From an uncultured Eubacteriales bacterium (lineage in GTDB: Bacteria > Bacillota > Clostridia > Christensenellales > Borkfalkiaceae): a stretch of 48,418 bases of DNA. The stretch covers positions 1 through 48,418 of the forward strand of contig CADBUU010000004.1 of NCBI GenBank assembly GCA_902797945.1, read 5' to 3'. The notes below the pieces were generated by a model. That model did no database searches, had not been told where the DNA came from, and was given only the letters and a program-made list of their open reading frames with translations. Shown in pieces: positions 20,112 through 28,407 of the stretch. A program made the position numbers and the translations under genes. Each line of letters starts with the position of its first letter. Position 1 is the first letter of the stretch.

Positions 20112-21304
20112 GAGATTACGGCTATATAGAGAGATTTTCTCGTATGGGAGTAGGACTTTTCGTTCATTTCGGATTATATTCGAGAGTCGGGGAAGGAGAG
20201 TGGTATCTCCACTTGAATAAAAGGGCGAAAATAGCAAATTACGAAAAGAATATTACCAAATTCAAAGTAAAGAAAAATTGGGCGAAAGAACTCGTAAAGA
20301 CGGCGAACTCTTTCGGAGCGAAATACATAACGCTCACGACTCGCCATCACGACGGCTTTTCGCTCTACGATACGAAAGGACTTTGCGATTTCGACGCTCC
20401 TCATTCCGCTTGCGGAAGAGACCTTATAGCCGAATTCGTTTCGGCGTGTAAAGAGGGTGGAATACTTCCCGTATTTTATCATACCCTTTTAGATTGGAGA
20501 GCGCCCGAATATAAAGATAATTTTAAAGCCTACATAGATTATCTCGTTAAAAGTATAGAAATTCTCTGTAAAAATTACGGGAAAATAGGCGGATTCTGGT
20601 TCGACGGAATGTGGGATAAGCCTAACGAAGATTGGCAAGAGGACAGGCTTTACAAAACGATAAGGACATACCAGCCCGACGCAATGATAATAAACAACAC
20701 CGGACTGAACGAGCTTGGAAAACTCGGGCACGAGGAACTCGACGGCGTAACCTTCGAGAGGGGAAAACCCTTTACGGTAGGCGGAGGCGAAAGACCGATA
20801 GTCGGCGAAATGTGTCAGGTATTAAACGACCATTGGGGCTATGCGAAGGGCGATTGCAATTATAAATCGGTAAAAGAACTTATAGAAAACCTTGCGGACG
20901 CAAGAGCATTAGGGTGTAACTTTTTGTTAAATACAGGGCTTTTAGGCGACGGCTCGGTAAATCCGACGGATAAGGCGATACTCTCCGAAATCGGGAAATG
21001 GGTAAAAGCCAACTCCGAATTCGTTTACGGCGCAAGATATTGCGACCTTACCGCAGAAAACGCGCTTATATCGAAGGGCGAAGATTGTTATTACGCCGTA
21101 ATAAAAGACGCTCCTATGTCTGCGGATCTTAACGTTCAGAGGAAGGAGGGACTTAAAAAAATAACGCTCGGATTCGAGGCGAAAAAAGGCGTATGGCTCG
21201 ACGATAGATCGAAAATCGTTATAAAGAAAAATTCGTTTATTATAAAACCCTTCGAATACGGCAGAAGTTTATCTCTTAGAATTGCGAAGATAGATAAGAT
21301 TTAA
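20108..21304 (+). CDS. Alpha-L-fucosidase, GH29 family (no signal peptide)
   Basis: 398 aa. GLFVHFGLYS, TTRHHDGFSLYDT and GGFWFDGMW (containing the GH29 nucleophile Asp) are present. The ATG overlaps the pdxK stop (ATGA). Confidence 0.8.
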   Translation: MRDYGYIERFSRMGVGLFVHFGLYSRVGEGEWYLHLNKRAKIANYEKNITKFKVKKNWAKELVKTANSFGAKYITLTTRHHDGFSLYDTKGLCDFDAPHSACGRDLIAEFVSACKEGGILPVFYHTLLDWRAPEYKDNFKAYIDYLVKSIEILCKNYGKIGGFWFDGMWDKPNEDWQEDRLYKTIRTYQPDAMIINNTGLNELGKLGHEELDGVTFERGKPFTVGGGERPIVGEMCQVLNDHWGYAKGDCNYKSVKELIENLADARALGCNFLLNTGLLGDGSVNPTDKAILSEIGKWVKANSEFVYGARYCDLTAENALISKGEDCYYAVIKDAPMSADLNVQRKEGLKKITLGFEAKKGVWLDDRSKIVIKKNSFIIKPFEYGRSLSLRIAKIDKI

Positions 21305-21352
21305 TGCATAAAAAGGTTCATAAAATTCTCATTTAGATAAAGGTGTTACAAA

Positions 21353-23476
21353 ATGCAAAAAAGAAAGGTCCCTCTTTTTGACGAGATTTTTCCCCAAAGG
21401 TGGCAGGAAGTCGTTTTTCTCAATTACGGATACGTCAAAACTCAAAATATAGCGAAAGTTTTAAATACCACTCCCGAAATTATAGAAAAAGAAGCGGAGA
21501 GGTTAGGTCTCGGCTATTCGCATTTTAAAGAGAAAAGAGTTAAAAAGGGATATATTACTACGATAAGAAACAATTGGTATCTTCTTCCCGAAGAAGATAT
21601 AGCCGCGCTCGTGGAATTTACACCCGAAAAACTTCAATTTATTCTTAAAAACGAGGACTTTCTCGATATTAAACTCGGAGGTTTCAAACCCGAAACGCCG
21701 AGAATAAATTATACACCTTTAAACGCCGACGAAATAAAGAGGACGGAAGAAATAGTCGAAAAGTTTAAGATTTTCGAAAAGGTCGACTATTCCCGTGACT
21801 TTGAATTTTTCGATGAAAAACCGACTTATACGGGAACTTCTTTGGAAGGACTCAGGATCGTTCACGGGTATCTGACGCCTTGCGGCGATCCGTTTATGGA
21901 AGACGGCGACGAATATATGCCCGACAATCTTATAATAGAATACGCAAACGCAGGTATAACGGGCGTGTTCGTTCACGGACTGTTGTCTGCGCTTTCGCCC
22001 TATCCTTTCGACGAAGAGGCGAGTAAAGATTATAAGACGAGAAGAGCCAACCTCAAAAGATTGGTGGAAAGGTGCAAACGATACGGAATAAAGGTTTTCC
22101 TTTACTTCAACGAGCCGAGAGCGCTCAAAAAAACCGTCGCGTATAAATTTCCCAAACTCACGGGTAGAGATTGGGGGGACGAGTTATCTCTTTGTTTTTC
22201 GAAAAAAGAAACGGAAGAATATCTGTATAACGCCGTTTACGGTCTTTTTTCTGAAATACCGGATATCGGCGGCGTAATGACGATAACGATGAGCGAATAT
22301 CATACTCATTGCGCTTCGAGACAGGGAAACGATTGTCCTTATTGTAAAGACTCTGCGCCGGAAGAAGTTGCGGCGAAAATAAACAATATTTTTTCCAAAG
22401 CGATAAAGGACAGCGGTTCGAAAGGCGTGGTCATCGCCAATCTATGGGGTTGGAGCGCTTTCTGCGAATGGACGGACGAACAAGTCGAAAGGGGAATAAA
22501 CCTTTTGGACAAAGACGTGATAGTTCTTGCGGTAAGCGAATATGACCTCGAAATCGAAAAAGGGGGAGAAAAGAGCAGAATAATAGATTATTCGATTTCA
22601 AATCCCGGACCGAGCAAAGTTACCGAAACCGACCTTAGACTTGCCCAAATGGGCGGAAAAAGAGTAATGGCGAAAATACAGATAAACGACAGTTGGGAGT
22701 GTTCAGCCGTTCCTTGTTTGCCCGTTTTCGAACTTATAAAGAAGCATCTCGACAATTTAGATAAAATCGGAATAAGAGATTATCTTCTTACCTGGACGCT
22801 CGGAGGATATCCGTCGCCCGTAATGAATATGATTTCGTCATACACGGAAAAAGGAGATAAATTCGATTTAAACGAGTGGTATAAAGAGTATTTCGGTCAA
22901 GAGGGCGACAAAGTAAAAGAGGCGTCCGAACTTTTAAGCGAAGGATTTAAAGAATATCCTTTCAGCGTAGAGAAGATTTATTTCGGACCGCATTCATTGG
23001 GGCCTTCCAATCGTTGGTCTTTAAGTAAACAAGAAAACCAATCGACTATGGTATGTTACGCCTTCGACGACTATGAGACGTGGATAAAACCCTATTCCTT
23101 GAAAGTATATCTTTCGCAAATGGAAAAGACGTGCGAAAAATGGAAAGAGGGAAGCGAGATATTAAAGGCGTTAAAGGGCAAAGAAGCGAAAGCCCTCGCC
23201 GTATTTTCAGAAGTCGCGTATATTCATTTCCTTTCGGATAAACTTCAAACGGAATTTTCATATCTTAAAACGGATATTTCTAAAAACAGAGACGAGATAT
23301 TAAAAATAATAGACGAAGAAAGAAAAATAACCGAAAGGACGCTTTATCTTGTAAACGTTCCGACGATAGCGTTCGAGACTTCCAACCATTATTTTTATAA
23401 CGAAAGAAATCTCAAAATAAAAATTCTCGAACTCGATCTTTTAGAAGATGAGTTGAGAGTAGTCGCAAGCCGTTAA
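21353..23476 (+). CDS. Hypothetical 707-aa protein, possibly a clan GH-A-type TIM-barrel glycoside hydrolase
   Basis: Long uninterrupted ORF with SD AAAGGTG. YFNEPR resembles the NEP acid/base motif of GH-A, and a later hydrophobic-SE motif (ITMSEY) is present. It also has a Cys cluster HCx7CxxC. I recognise no family, and there is no signal peptide. Confidence 0.4.
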   Translation: MQKRKVPLFDEIFPQRWQEVVFLNYGYVKTQNIAKVLNTTPEIIEKEAERLGLGYSHFKEKRVKKGYITTIRNNWYLLPEEDIAALVEFTPEKLQFILKNEDFLDIKLGGFKPETPRINYTPLNADEIKRTEEIVEKFKIFEKVDYSRDFEFFDEKPTYTGTSLEGLRIVHGYLTPCGDPFMEDGDEYMPDNLIIEYANAGITGVFVHGLLSALSPYPFDEEASKDYKTRRANLKRLVERCKRYGIKVFLYFNEPRALKKTVAYKFPKLTGRDWGDELSLCFSKKETEEYLYNAVYGLFSEIPDIGGVMTITMSEYHTHCASRQGNDCPYCKDSAPEEVAAKINNIFSKAIKDSGSKGVVIANLWGWSAFCEWTDEQVERGINLLDKDVIVLAVSEYDLEIEKGGEKSRIIDYSISNPGPSKVTETDLRLAQMGGKRVMAKIQINDSWECSAVPCLPVFELIKKHLDNLDKIGIRDYLLTWTLGGYPSPVMNMISSYTEKGDKFDLNEWYKEYFGQEGDKVKEASELLSEGFKEYPFSVEKIYFGPHSLGPSNRWSLSKQENQSTMVCYAFDDYETWIKPYSLKVYLSQMEKTCEKWKEGSEILKALKGKEAKALAVFSEVAYIHFLSDKLQTEFSYLKTDISKNRDEILKIIDEERKITERTLYLVNVPTIAFETSNHYFYNERNLKIKILELDLLEDELRVVASR

Positions 23477-23581
23477 TTAAGAGGCAATTCAATACAAAGG
23501 CTTGCCGTATAGACAAGGGGTTTAACGAAGAGGCAGACTTAATTCAAGTCTTACGACTTCGGCTGAAAAGGAGAAAATATT

Positions 23582-25543
23582 ATGGAAAAAAAGAGGAAAA
23601 AGAAGGAAGATCCTCTTCCCTCGAAAAGCGTAGCCAATCCCGAAAATTCGGAAGAAAAATCTAAAAAACGCCCGAAAGATGACGGTGAAGACGTCAACTC
23701 TTCAAGCGTTCGGGAAGAAGAAGCCAAAATTCCCAACTACGACCACATTTTCGGCGAAGAAAGGGAAAGCGAAAGGAAAAAGACGGGAATTTTAAAAAAA
23801 TTCGCCAAAACCAACGTCAAGTCATTGTTTTGGTCGACTATCGTCTATTTCTTTCAGGCTCTTCCCGTTTGGGTAGTTCCTATTTGCACGGCAAATATAA
23901 TCGACGGAGTAACCGTTGCCATCGAACAAGGCAACGGGCAAAATATTACCGTATATTTGATCATAAACGCCGTAATTGCCGCGGCGAGTATTCTGTTAAA
24001 CGTTCCGTTCACCGTTTTAAGGTGGAGAATAGTCAGCAAAATGCTCCGTCGGGCGAGCGCAGGACTTAAAAGCGCAGTCGTGAGAAAACTTCAACATCTA
24101 TCCATTACCTATCATAAGGATATGCAGTCGGGTAAAATTCAAGCCAAGTTTTTAAGAGACGTCGAGTCTGTGGACGGGCTTTTTAATGCGATAATGTTCA
24201 GTTTTATTCCTACGGTGATAGGCGTAGTCGTGTCGTCCGCAATATCTCTCTACAAAAATATTTTCGTATCTCTTTTCTTCGTAATAGTCGTGCCTTTTAA
24301 CGTCTGGCTTACGATGGCATTCAGAAAGAAAATAAGGCAGACGAATAAAGATTTTCGTGTAAAAACCGAAGATATGAGCGCTCAACTTACTACCATGATG
24401 GAGATGACGCCCGTAACCAAATCTCACGGTTTACAGTCAAGGGAGATCGCCTCTTTAAACCGTTCTATCGCAAAAGTTACGGTGTCGGGTTACGGAGTAG
24501 ATAAAGTCAACGCTTATTTCGGTTCGTTGTCTTTCGTCATACAACAGATACTGAATTTTCTTTGCCTTTTATTTTGTTGTTTCCTTGCCGTAAATAAGAT
24601 AATTTCAGTCGGCGAGATAATATTATATCAATCTATGTTCGCATCGATAAGCAGCGGAATATCTTCGCTTATCGGCTTTGCTCCGACTATGGGAAAAGGT
24701 CTTGACGCGCTTTCTTCGATTTCGGAGATAATGACGGCAACGGAAGTCGAAAATACTTTCGGCAAAATCAAAGTCGACAAGATAGACGGCGAAGTCGAGT
24801 TCAGGAACGTAACTTACCGTTATCCGAACGGCAAGACGGACGTAATTAAAGATTTTTCGCTAAAAGTCGAAAAGGGCAAATGCGTCGCTTTCGTCGGCTC
24901 TTCGGGTTCGGGGAAGTCGACGGTAATGAATCTCGTTATCGGACTTTTGACTCCGACCGAGGGGCAAGTTCTTGTCGACGGCAAACCTATGGAAGAACTC
25001 GACCTCATAAATTACAGGCAAAATATTTCCGTCGTTCCCCAAAACAGCATACTTTTTTCGGGGACGATACGGGAAAATATAACCTACGGGCTTGACGGCT
25101 ATACCGAAGAAATGCTGGCAAAAGTAATCGAAATGGCGAATATAAACGAATTTTTAAACGAACTTCCCGACGGACTTGATACGCAGGTCGGCGAACACGG
25201 CGATAAACTTTCGGGCGGACAAAAACAGCGTATTACCATTGCAAGGGCGCTTATAAGAGATCCGAAAATTTTAATTCTCGACGAAGCGACGAGCGCTCTC
25301 GACAACATTTCGGAATATCACGTTCAAAAAGCCATAAGTGCTTCGATAAACGGCAGGACGACGTTTATAGTTGCCCATAGACTTTCTACTATCCGTAACG
25401 CCGACCTTATCGTCGTTATGGAAGAGGGTAAAATGGTAGAGTCGGGAACTTACGAAGAACTTATGGAAAAGAAAGGTAAATTCTTCGAACTTAAAAGTTT
25501 AAACGATATGAATACCAAACTCGCCGAATCGGCTCTGGCGTAA
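23582..25543 (+). CDS. ABC exporter, fused permease/ATPase (type I exporter fold) with a charged N-terminal extension
   Basis: 653 aa with SD AAGGAG. It has 6 TM helices followed by an NBD with Walker A GSSGSGKST, signature LSGGQKQR, Walker B ILILDEATSALD and an H-loop AHRLST. The first ~75 aa are K/E-rich. Confidence 0.9.
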   Translation: MEKKRKKKEDPLPSKSVANPENSEEKSKKRPKDDGEDVNSSSVREEEAKIPNYDHIFGEERESERKKTGILKKFAKTNVKSLFWSTIVYFFQALPVWVVPICTANIIDGVTVAIEQGNGQNITVYLIINAVIAAASILLNVPFTVLRWRIVSKMLRRASAGLKSAVVRKLQHLSITYHKDMQSGKIQAKFLRDVESVDGLFNAIMFSFIPTVIGVVVSSAISLYKNIFVSLFFVIVVPFNVWLTMAFRKKIRQTNKDFRVKTEDMSAQLTTMMEMTPVTKSHGLQSREIASLNRSIAKVTVSGYGVDKVNAYFGSLSFVIQQILNFLCLLFCCFLAVNKIISVGEIILYQSMFASISSGISSLIGFAPTMGKGLDALSSISEIMTATEVENTFGKIKVDKIDGEVEFRNVTYRYPNGKTDVIKDFSLKVEKGKCVAFVGSSGSGKSTVMNLVIGLLTPTEGQVLVDGKPMEELDLINYRQNISVVPQNSILFSGTIRENITYGLDGYTEEMLAKVIEMANINEFLNELPDGLDTQVGEHGDKLSGGQKQRITIARALIRDPKILILDEATSALDNISEYHVQKAISASINGRTTFIVAHRLSTIRNADLIVVMEEGKMVESGTYEELMEKKGKFFELKSLNDMNTKLAESALA

Positions 25544-25586
25544 TAATTTTATATTTATTATCAATAATAGTATTGGAATAAGATAA

Positions 25587-27347
25587 ATGAAAAAAAATGT
25601 CCTTTATTTTATCACAATTTTAATATTTTCTTTAATTGCCTTTTCAGCGACTCTTTTCGTTTTTGCCGACGAAGAGGTTTCTACGTATGAGAAGAACGTA
25701 AAACTTCTGTATTCACATATCGGGGATATTGAAAGGGTGTGGCAAACGACTAAGGGAAATACGGATAAAAAGAGGGCGAGAGTAGTCGTTATAGACAGCG
25801 GTATAGATTACTATCTCCCGGCGTTTTCGGACCGAGAGGGCAATACGAGGATAAGTCCTTTAAGTTATAACGTCGATATGGAAAAAACGGCGGAAGAAGG
25901 GGGCTACGATATTCTTCTCGACGATTTTTCAGAACTTAAACACGGGACGCAGGTGTCGGGTGTGATTTTTGCGGACGAAGAAAACGGCGTTAAAGGGCTT
26001 GCCCCCGAATGCGAATTGATATTTATAAAAACTCCTCTGTCGGAAAGCGGAGGATATACGATAGAAAGGGTAAAAAAGGCGCTTAGTTATGCTAAAACGC
26101 TTAAACCCGACGTCGTAAATTTATCTCTCGGCTGGACGAGAAAGGACGATCCCTTCGAGGAAGAAATACAAGGACTTAAAGACGTCAGGGCGGTCGTAGT
26201 CGCTACGGCGGGCAACGAGCCGACGAGCAGTCCGAGATATCCGGCGGCAAATCCGAACGTCGTGGGAGTAGGCGCTTTTTCAAATCTCGAATATTCTAAG
26301 CCCGGTAGATACGGTTTGTCGTCCTATTCGGGGTTCGGGGATAAAAATTTGTCAATTTGCGCGCCGGGCGAGTTTTATACCACGAAAGGCTTAAATTTCG
26401 GAACTTCGCTCGCCGCTCCGGTAGTAACTTCCGCAATAGCCCTTTATAAATCGGTCTATCCCGACGCAAGTTACGATAAAGTATTGTCCGACCTCTTTTC
26501 TTCGGCAGACGATTGCGGAGACAGGGGCAGGGATTACCGATACGGCTACGGGGCGCTTAATATTTCCGATTTTATATTCGCCAAAAAGATAAGGACAGAA
26601 TTTTTCGTCAAAAGCGGATTGTCCCTATACGCCGAAGGAACGGAAGGCAAGGTCTTGCAAGAATATCCTTTCCCCGATAAAGAAGATTTTGAAGGATATT
26701 TCGGCGGTTGGTATAAGGATATAGAATGCAAAAATCAAGTTTCCTATTACAATCAAAAGGTTTATGCGGGAACGACTTTTTTCGCTAAAATAACCGACGA
26801 ACCGACCGACGGACTTTTTGATTATTCGGTAGACGATTACGGAAAAATAATTATTAAAAAATATTTGGGCGAAGGCGACGTTTGCGTTCCCGGACAGATG
26901 ATAGTCGGAGGTTATCGAAAAAAAGTCGATGCCATCGGCGAGAGAGCGTTTAGGGGAGGAAGCGGAAAAATAACCATATCCGACGGGATAACCGAGATAA
27001 GGGAATACGCCGTAGAGGGAAATTATTCCTCCGTGTTTTTGCCTTCGACTTTGAAAAAAGTCGGGAAAAACGCAGTCTGTCTGACGGACGGAAAAATTTA
27101 TTTCGACGGAGAGATAAAAAACGACGTTTTCGATCCGAAATGGAATTCGGGCGAAAGTCCCGTCCTTACATATTCCGAATACGAAAAAGAGGATAGAACG
27201 GAAGAAAAATCCGAGAGTATAACCGAGGGCGGTTGCAATTCTTCCGTAAGATTAAAAGTCGAGTTTTTCCTGTCGTCATCGGCGTTTTCGGTATTTTTGT
27301 TTTTGTTTAAAAAACAACGTTCAAAAAAATATAAGTATTTTATTTGA
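25587..27347 (+). CDS. Secreted S8 (subtilisin-like) serine peptidase with repeat domains and a C-terminal hydrophobic anchor
   Basis: 586 aa with a signal peptide. Triad motifs are VVVIDSGID (Asp), HGTQVSG (His) and GTSLAAP (Ser). A Listeria-Bacteroides-type repeat (FEGYFGGWYKD) and a BspA-like LRR segment (ITISDGITEIREYAVEGN...LPSTLKKVGKNAV) follow. The C-terminus has a TM segment plus a KKQRSKKYK tail. Confidence 0.8.
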   Translation: MKKNVLYFITILIFSLIAFSATLFVFADEEVSTYEKNVKLLYSHIGDIERVWQTTKGNTDKKRARVVVIDSGIDYYLPAFSDREGNTRISPLSYNVDMEKTAEEGGYDILLDDFSELKHGTQVSGVIFADEENGVKGLAPECELIFIKTPLSESGGYTIERVKKALSYAKTLKPDVVNLSLGWTRKDDPFEEEIQGLKDVRAVVVATAGNEPTSSPRYPAANPNVVGVGAFSNLEYSKPGRYGLSSYSGFGDKNLSICAPGEFYTTKGLNFGTSLAAPVVTSAIALYKSVYPDASYDKVLSDLFSSADDCGDRGRDYRYGYGALNISDFIFAKKIRTEFFVKSGLSLYAEGTEGKVLQEYPFPDKEDFEGYFGGWYKDIECKNQVSYYNQKVYAGTTFFAKITDEPTDGLFDYSVDDYGKIIIKKYLGEGDVCVPGQMIVGGYRKKVDAIGERAFRGGSGKITISDGITEIREYAVEGNYSSVFLPSTLKKVGKNAVCLTDGKIYFDGEIKNDVFDPKWNSGESPVLTYSEYEKEDRTEEKSESITEGGCNSSVRLKVEFFLSSSAFSVFLFLFKKQRSKKYKYFI

Positions 27348-27354
27348 TTTTCGG

Positions 27355-27383
27355 TTGACTTTTCTTTCCGTATGTAATACAAT
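27355..27383 (+). promoter_or_regulatory. Sigma-A-type promoter placed for a leaderless transcript
   Basis: TTGACT (27355-27360), 17 nt, TACAAT (27378-27383). The ATG at 27390 begins 7 nt after the -10 element and has no SD. Confidence 0.55.
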
Positions 27384-27389
27384 ATAAGT

Positions 27390-27920
27390 ATGAAGAAAAT
27401 CATCGTATTATTTTTAGCGGTAATAATGTTTATTATTGCCGTCGGGTGCAGCGAAAGTTCGGGGGAATACCTCTCTTCGAGGAATATGCAGGATTTTCCT
27501 TTTCCCGAAAGCGAAAGGCTTATTGCCGAGGATAAGGACAACGCCAAGTCGACTTATTCTTCTTCTCAGGAGGAATATTTCTCATACGTCGGCGTAGTTT
27601 ACGAGTATTTACAGGGGAAAAATTATACTTATTTCGGAACGCAGGGGCAATACGTTTCTTCGCTTTTCGGAGCGAGTCCCGATTACGAATTCGTTCCGTG
27701 CGACAGTATGGAGGAATTTTGCATTGAACACGGAGAGGGAGAAATAATCTATACTTTTATATGTTCAAACGAAGTCGATTCCGATACGAGAAGGCTTAAC
27801 CTTGCCAGCAATGCGGGGCTTGCCGTGGAACTCGTATATTCAAATTCCGAAAAAACGTTAAGGATAGATTTTAAAACCAATTTTAACGGCTACGTCCTTA
27901 ATAAACCCGTTCAGTCGTAA
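27390..27920 (+). CDS. Hypothetical lipoprotein
   Basis: 176 aa. The signal peptide has the lipobox IAVGC. No recognisable domain. Confidence 0.6.
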   Translation: MKKIIVLFLAVIMFIIAVGCSESSGEYLSSRNMQDFPFPESERLIAEDKDNAKSTYSSSQEEYFSYVGVVYEYLQGKNYTYFGTQGQYVSSLFGASPDYEFVPCDSMEEFCIEHGEGEIIYTFICSNEVDSDTRRLNLASNAGLAVELVYSNSEKTLRIDFKTNFNGYVLNKPVQS

Positions 27921-28060
27921 ATATTGTAACACCCGTTTTTTGATTTGTAAATATTTACTGACACAAAAAAAAGAAAAACAATCAATCTTTTTTCGGGAAA
28001 CGATTATTTATTTAATTTTTTTCTCTTTTATATTATTTATTATTATATATTATTTTATTA

Positions 28061-28160
28061 GGGGGACACGGACGGCCCCGAGGGACGAGGTTGTCATACC
28101 CGTAGGGACAAAAGCGTCCTTTTACCATTTTGCGGTATATTTTATTTAACCCCCGTTTTT
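28061..28160 (+). other. GC-rich structured RNA candidate: an intrinsic terminator for the lipoprotein gene, or an orphan pseudoknot resembling the ykkC-III/guanidine-III motif
   Basis: A ~100-nt GC-rich island sits in a very AT-rich spacer. Nested pairings are GGACG(28083-87)/CGTCC(28115-19) and TTGTC(28091-95)/GACAA(28107-11), followed by TTTT. An alternative pairing is GGG(28082-84)/CCC(28099-101). An outer pairing GGGGG(28061-65)/CCCCC(28150-54) is followed by GTTTTTA. Confidence 0.4.
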
Positions 28161-28243
28161 ATAAGAAAATGGGTAGAAAATTTTTCGTTAAAAGAAATGG
28201 TAAAAAAGCCAAAGCCGACAGTTTAAAAAAAATTAAAAAACTA

Positions 28244-28272
28244 TTGACAAGTGAAGATATATATGATATAAT
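28244..28272 (+). promoter_or_regulatory. Consensus extended -10 sigma-A promoter
   Basis: TTGACA (28244-28249), 17 nt spacing, TGaTATAAT (28264-28272). Confidence 0.8.
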
Positions 28273-28278
28273 ATCATC

Positions 28279-28407
28279 GTTGAAAGGGAGTAGACGCGTC
28301 GTAAAAGACGTAACGTCGCCGTCAGGACGGTCGAAAGACTCGGCGCCGTTTAACTTTGGTTTGTTCAAGACTTTCGCCTGAAAATAAAGGCGGAAGTCTT
28401 TTCTTTT
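28279..28407 (+). promoter_or_regulatory. Structured 5' leader with terminator upstream of flotillin; a riboswitch/attenuator candidate with yybP-ykoY-like ends
   Basis: Multi-helix fold, detailed in the findings. GAAAG (28282-86) can pair with CTTTC (28371-75), which is also part of the left arm of the terminator. The 5' GAAAGGGAGUAG and 3' CAAGACUUUC resemble the conserved termini of the Mn2+ riboswitch. Confidence 0.45.
28367..28407 (+). terminator. Intrinsic terminator within the flotillin leader
   Basis: 12-bp stem AAGACTTTCGCC/GGCGGAAGTCTT (one G-U pair) with loop TGAAAATAAA, followed by TTCTTTT. It lies 54 nt upstream of the flotillin ATG. Confidence 0.85.

Noticed and set aside
28066-28090. 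Possible guanidine-II (mini-ykkC) hairpins, suggested by ACGG and ACGA tetranucleotides.
   Set aside because: The first ACGG (28072-75) is closed by only two G-C pairs. The second (GGGACGAGG) has no complementary 3' arm. The required pair of C-G-closed ACGR tetraloop hairpins is absent.
27940-28149. 69-aa TTG-initiated ORF with one hydrophobic stretch in the AT-rich spacer.
   Set aside because: It has a TTG start and no SD. The hydrophobic 'helix' derives from a T/A-rich low-complexity sequence. Its second half is the GC-rich structured island.
28130-28381. 83-aa ORF (or 71 aa from the ATG at 28168) spanning the flotillin promoter and leader, plus its antisense partner at 28159-28368.
   Set aside because: It has no SD. 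The first half is A-rich low complexity. It runs straight through a consensus promoter and a heavily base-paired GC-rich segment, and it ends inside the terminator loop. An RNA-level function explains the sequence better. A small basic protein cannot be fully excluded without conservation data.
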